Positions 62,354 to 64,000 of a stretch of 64,000 nt of DNA are shown here, one piece after another. Source of the stretch: an uncultured Francisella sp. (GTDB lineage Bacteria > Pseudomonadota > Gammaproteobacteria > Francisellales > Francisellaceae); the NCBI GenBank assembly GCA_965240355.1, contig OZ251217.1:650264-714263 (forward strand), given 5' to 3'. Below the pieces are notes generated by a model that saw only the letters and a list, made by a program, of their open reading frames with translations, was not told the origin of the DNA and ran no database searches. Position 1 is the first letter of the stretch, and every line of letters begins with the position of its first letter. The translations under genes and the position numbers were made by a program.

Positions 62354-62379
62354 AAAGGTGCGACTAAAGTCACACTTCC
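62354..62379. repeat. Short hairpin motif AAAGGTGCGACTAAAGTCACA(A/C)TTCC, copy 2
   Basis: Lies in an unusually long (192-nt) lolB-ispE spacer. 24 of 25 nt match 43568-43593. Confidence 0.8.
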
Positions 62380-62489
62380 TAAATGGGTGTATTCAAATAT
62401 CAATAAAAGCTGTACTTAATAAAAAAATAAATACCACTATCACTTGTTCTGAAAGGAGCCGAAGTAAGTATAAGTATGACATTGACTTA

Positions 62490-63128
62490 TTAATGTACTA
62501 CCCACGACTTAACTATTATCTTTAAAGACACACTATCTCTAGTCATTTTTATCTTTGTTGGTAATGGGTACTCTCCATCAAACATTTTATAATTACTATA
62601 GTCAATCTCCCAACCTTTTTCTAATAGAACCTCTACCAAGTTATGGTCATCGATTTGTCTATTAGTATCTTTATCTGATACAGGCACTCCTTTAATCAAA
62701 CTTTTAAGAACCTCAACAGGCACATACCAACCAAGATGTTGCATCATAAGGTTTTCCACATTGTCTTCTTGTGTTTCTTTACCTTTATTATCAATAAAAA
62801 CAACCTTGTCACTATTGCCTTTTATCTCAACACTAACTATACCTAAAGGTCCATAAAGTTTGATACTATAATCATCGCCATCTTGACTATACACATAATT
62901 AGCTAAATCAGCTTTACTGTTAAATCTTATACCTATAACACCTCTAGCAGTCCACTTATCAAGCTTCTTTAACTTAGTTTCTAAAGCCGTCATATCAAAT
63001 TTTGTTGACTGACCAATCTCTGTAGCGTTGTTTATATTTAAGCTTTGACATGATGCTAATAATACTAAAGTAATTGCTACAAGAGTAAATTTAACCTGTT
63101 TCTTTATACTTATTCTTATTTTTGACAT
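62490..63128 (-). CDS. lolB: Outer-membrane lipoprotein LolB
   Basis: Lipoprotein signal …VAITLVLLASCQS and the conserved position upstream of ispE. The start is taken at MSKIRIS (63128). It overlaps the upstream gene's end. Confidence 0.65.
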   Translation of the reverse strand: MSKIRISIKKQVKFTLVAITLVLLASCQSLNINNATEIGQSTKFDMTALETKLKKLDKWTARGVIGIRFNSKADLANYVYSQDGDDYSIKLYGPLGIVSVEIKGNSDKVVFIDNKGKETQEDNVENLMMQHLGWYVPVEVLKSLIKGVPVSDKDTNRQIDDHNLVEVLLEKGWEIDYSNYKMFDGEYPLPTKIKMTRDSVSLKIIVKSWVVH

Positions 63129-63630
63129 AATTCTTAGCGTTCTCAATAATAAATGTTTTTTCTTCTTCCTTAATAGGGCGAATTTTTTTCACAGGCGATC
63201 CCATATACATAAAACCAGATTCAAGCACTTTACCTGGAGGAACTAAACTTCCTGCCCCTACAAAAGCCCAAGAATCAACTATAGCCCCATCTAATACTAT
63301 GGAGCCCATACCTATCATGGTATTGTCTTTAATATCACAACCATGCAATATAACTCCATGACCTACCGTCACATTCTCACCTATTGTCAGTGCAAATCCT
63401 TTCCCAGATTCTTTAGGATGCTCAGTAGTGTGTAAAGTACTACAGTCTTGTATATTACTACTCTTACCTATGGATATAGGCAATAAATCTCCTCGTATAC
63501 TCACACAAGGCCAAACGGAGGTATCCTCATCAATAATTACATCACCAATAACAACCGCCGACTCATCTATATATGCAGAAGGCACTATTTGAGGGGTTTT
63601 ATTATTAAATTTTCTTATACTTCTAGACAT
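63091..63630 (-). CDS. Gamma-class carbonic anhydrase / hexapeptide-repeat (YrdA/PaaY-like) protein
   Basis: Left-handed beta-helix repeats: …AVVIGDVIIDEDTSVWPCVSIRGD…IGKSSNIQDCSTLH…IGENVTVGHGVILHGC…. Confidence 0.8.
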   Translation of the reverse strand: MSRSIRKFNNKTPQIVPSAYIDESAVVIGDVIIDEDTSVWPCVSIRGDLLPISIGKSSNIQDCSTLHTTEHPKESGKGFALTIGENVTVGHGVILHGCDIKDNTMIGMGSIVLDGAIVDSWAFVGAGSLVPPGKVLESGFMYMGSPVKKIRPIKEEEKTFIIENAKNYVKNKNKYKETG

Positions 63631-63989
63631 AACTGATTTTTATTTTCTTTTGTATCATTTCTCAATGATATCAAACTATAAGTTTCTAGTTTAATTTTTT
63701 TACCTTTCACAAACGGCTGAGCATAGCCTTTAGCATCAAGAATAAACAACGGTATAGCATGCACATTATCTATAAAGAAATTTTCTAAATTATAGTTGGT
63801 AGTAATATTTGTAGTTCTAATACTCGCACCTTGATTAAGCCTATCTATAAGAATATTAAAATCAACACCTTCTTCAAAAAGTAAAGTAGCTAAATTTGTC
63901 TCAATTGAACCAATACCTTTATAGCTCTCTTTCTGGGCTGCTCGTAACACATAGGTACTACTTGCACCAAATTCATGCTTATACTTCAT
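63615..63989 (-). CDS. Hypothetical protein
   Basis: A 124-aa ORF co-oriented with the downstream gene and overlapping it by 16 nt. No family recognised. Confidence 0.4.
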   Translation of the reverse strand: MKYKHEFGASSTYVLRAAQKESYKGIGSIETNLATLLFEEGVDFNILIDRLNQGASIRTTNITTNYNLENFFIDNVHAIPLFILDAKGYAQPFVKGKKIKLETYSLISLRNDTKENKNQLCLEV

Positions 63990-64000
63990 CGCAGAAACGG

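Noticed and set aside
62340-62525. 61-aa plus-strand ORF in the lolB-ispE spacer.
   Set aside because: It starts with a non-ATG codon in the track, overlaps the lolB 3' end, and spans the repeated motif. It is better explained as non-coding repeat-containing spacer.

Overview
This is a visibly AT-rich bacterial chromosomal segment. Gene content and order fit a Francisella-type gammaproteobacterium. That is an inference from locus organisation and my memory of the rpsA-tsaC-ripA arrangement; no search was run. The conserved blocks are rplJ-rplA-rplK-nusG-secE / tRNA-Trp-tuf-tRNA-Thr/Gly/Tyr; glpK-glpD-glpF; argR, priA, pnuC; hpt-purA divergent from purH; holA, glnA, glutaminase; prfB-lysS; dnaX; tadA-ddl-ftsQ-ftsA-ftsZ-lpxC; rpsA-tsaC-ripA-like; yggT; and lolB-ispE-tRNA-Gln. 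Housekeeping genes are intact. The accessory fraction is heavily decayed. I count eight degraded IS copies: 3 IS30-family, 2 IS3-family, 1 IS256-family, 1 IS200/IS605 carrying tnpA and tnpB, and 1 zinc-ribbon IS of uncertain family. None has an intact transposase frame. At least a dozen genes are pseudogenes: glpF, three MFS-type transporters, a POT peptide transporter, comEC, a dienelactone hydrolase, a DUF3568 lipoprotein, yqhA, yggU and others. I found no rRNA, no CRISPR array and no recognisable defence, toxin or secretion system, so I cannot point to a convincing new multi-gene system. The items most worth a second look are these. (1) A perfect 31-bp inverted copy of the lysS start region sits in the prfB-lysS spacer. 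(2) An IS30-family end lies 10 nt from the prfB start codon. (3) An A10 tract in dnaX has a -1-frame stop three codons downstream, a candidate gamma-subunit recoding site. (4) A type-II glutamine synthetase sits next to a metazoan-architecture glutaminase with ankyrin repeats. (5) IS families appear to have been copied after they were already defective. (6) A short hairpin motif recurs in three intergenic spacers. All coordinates for features outside the ORF track come from manual reading and may be off by a few nucleotides.
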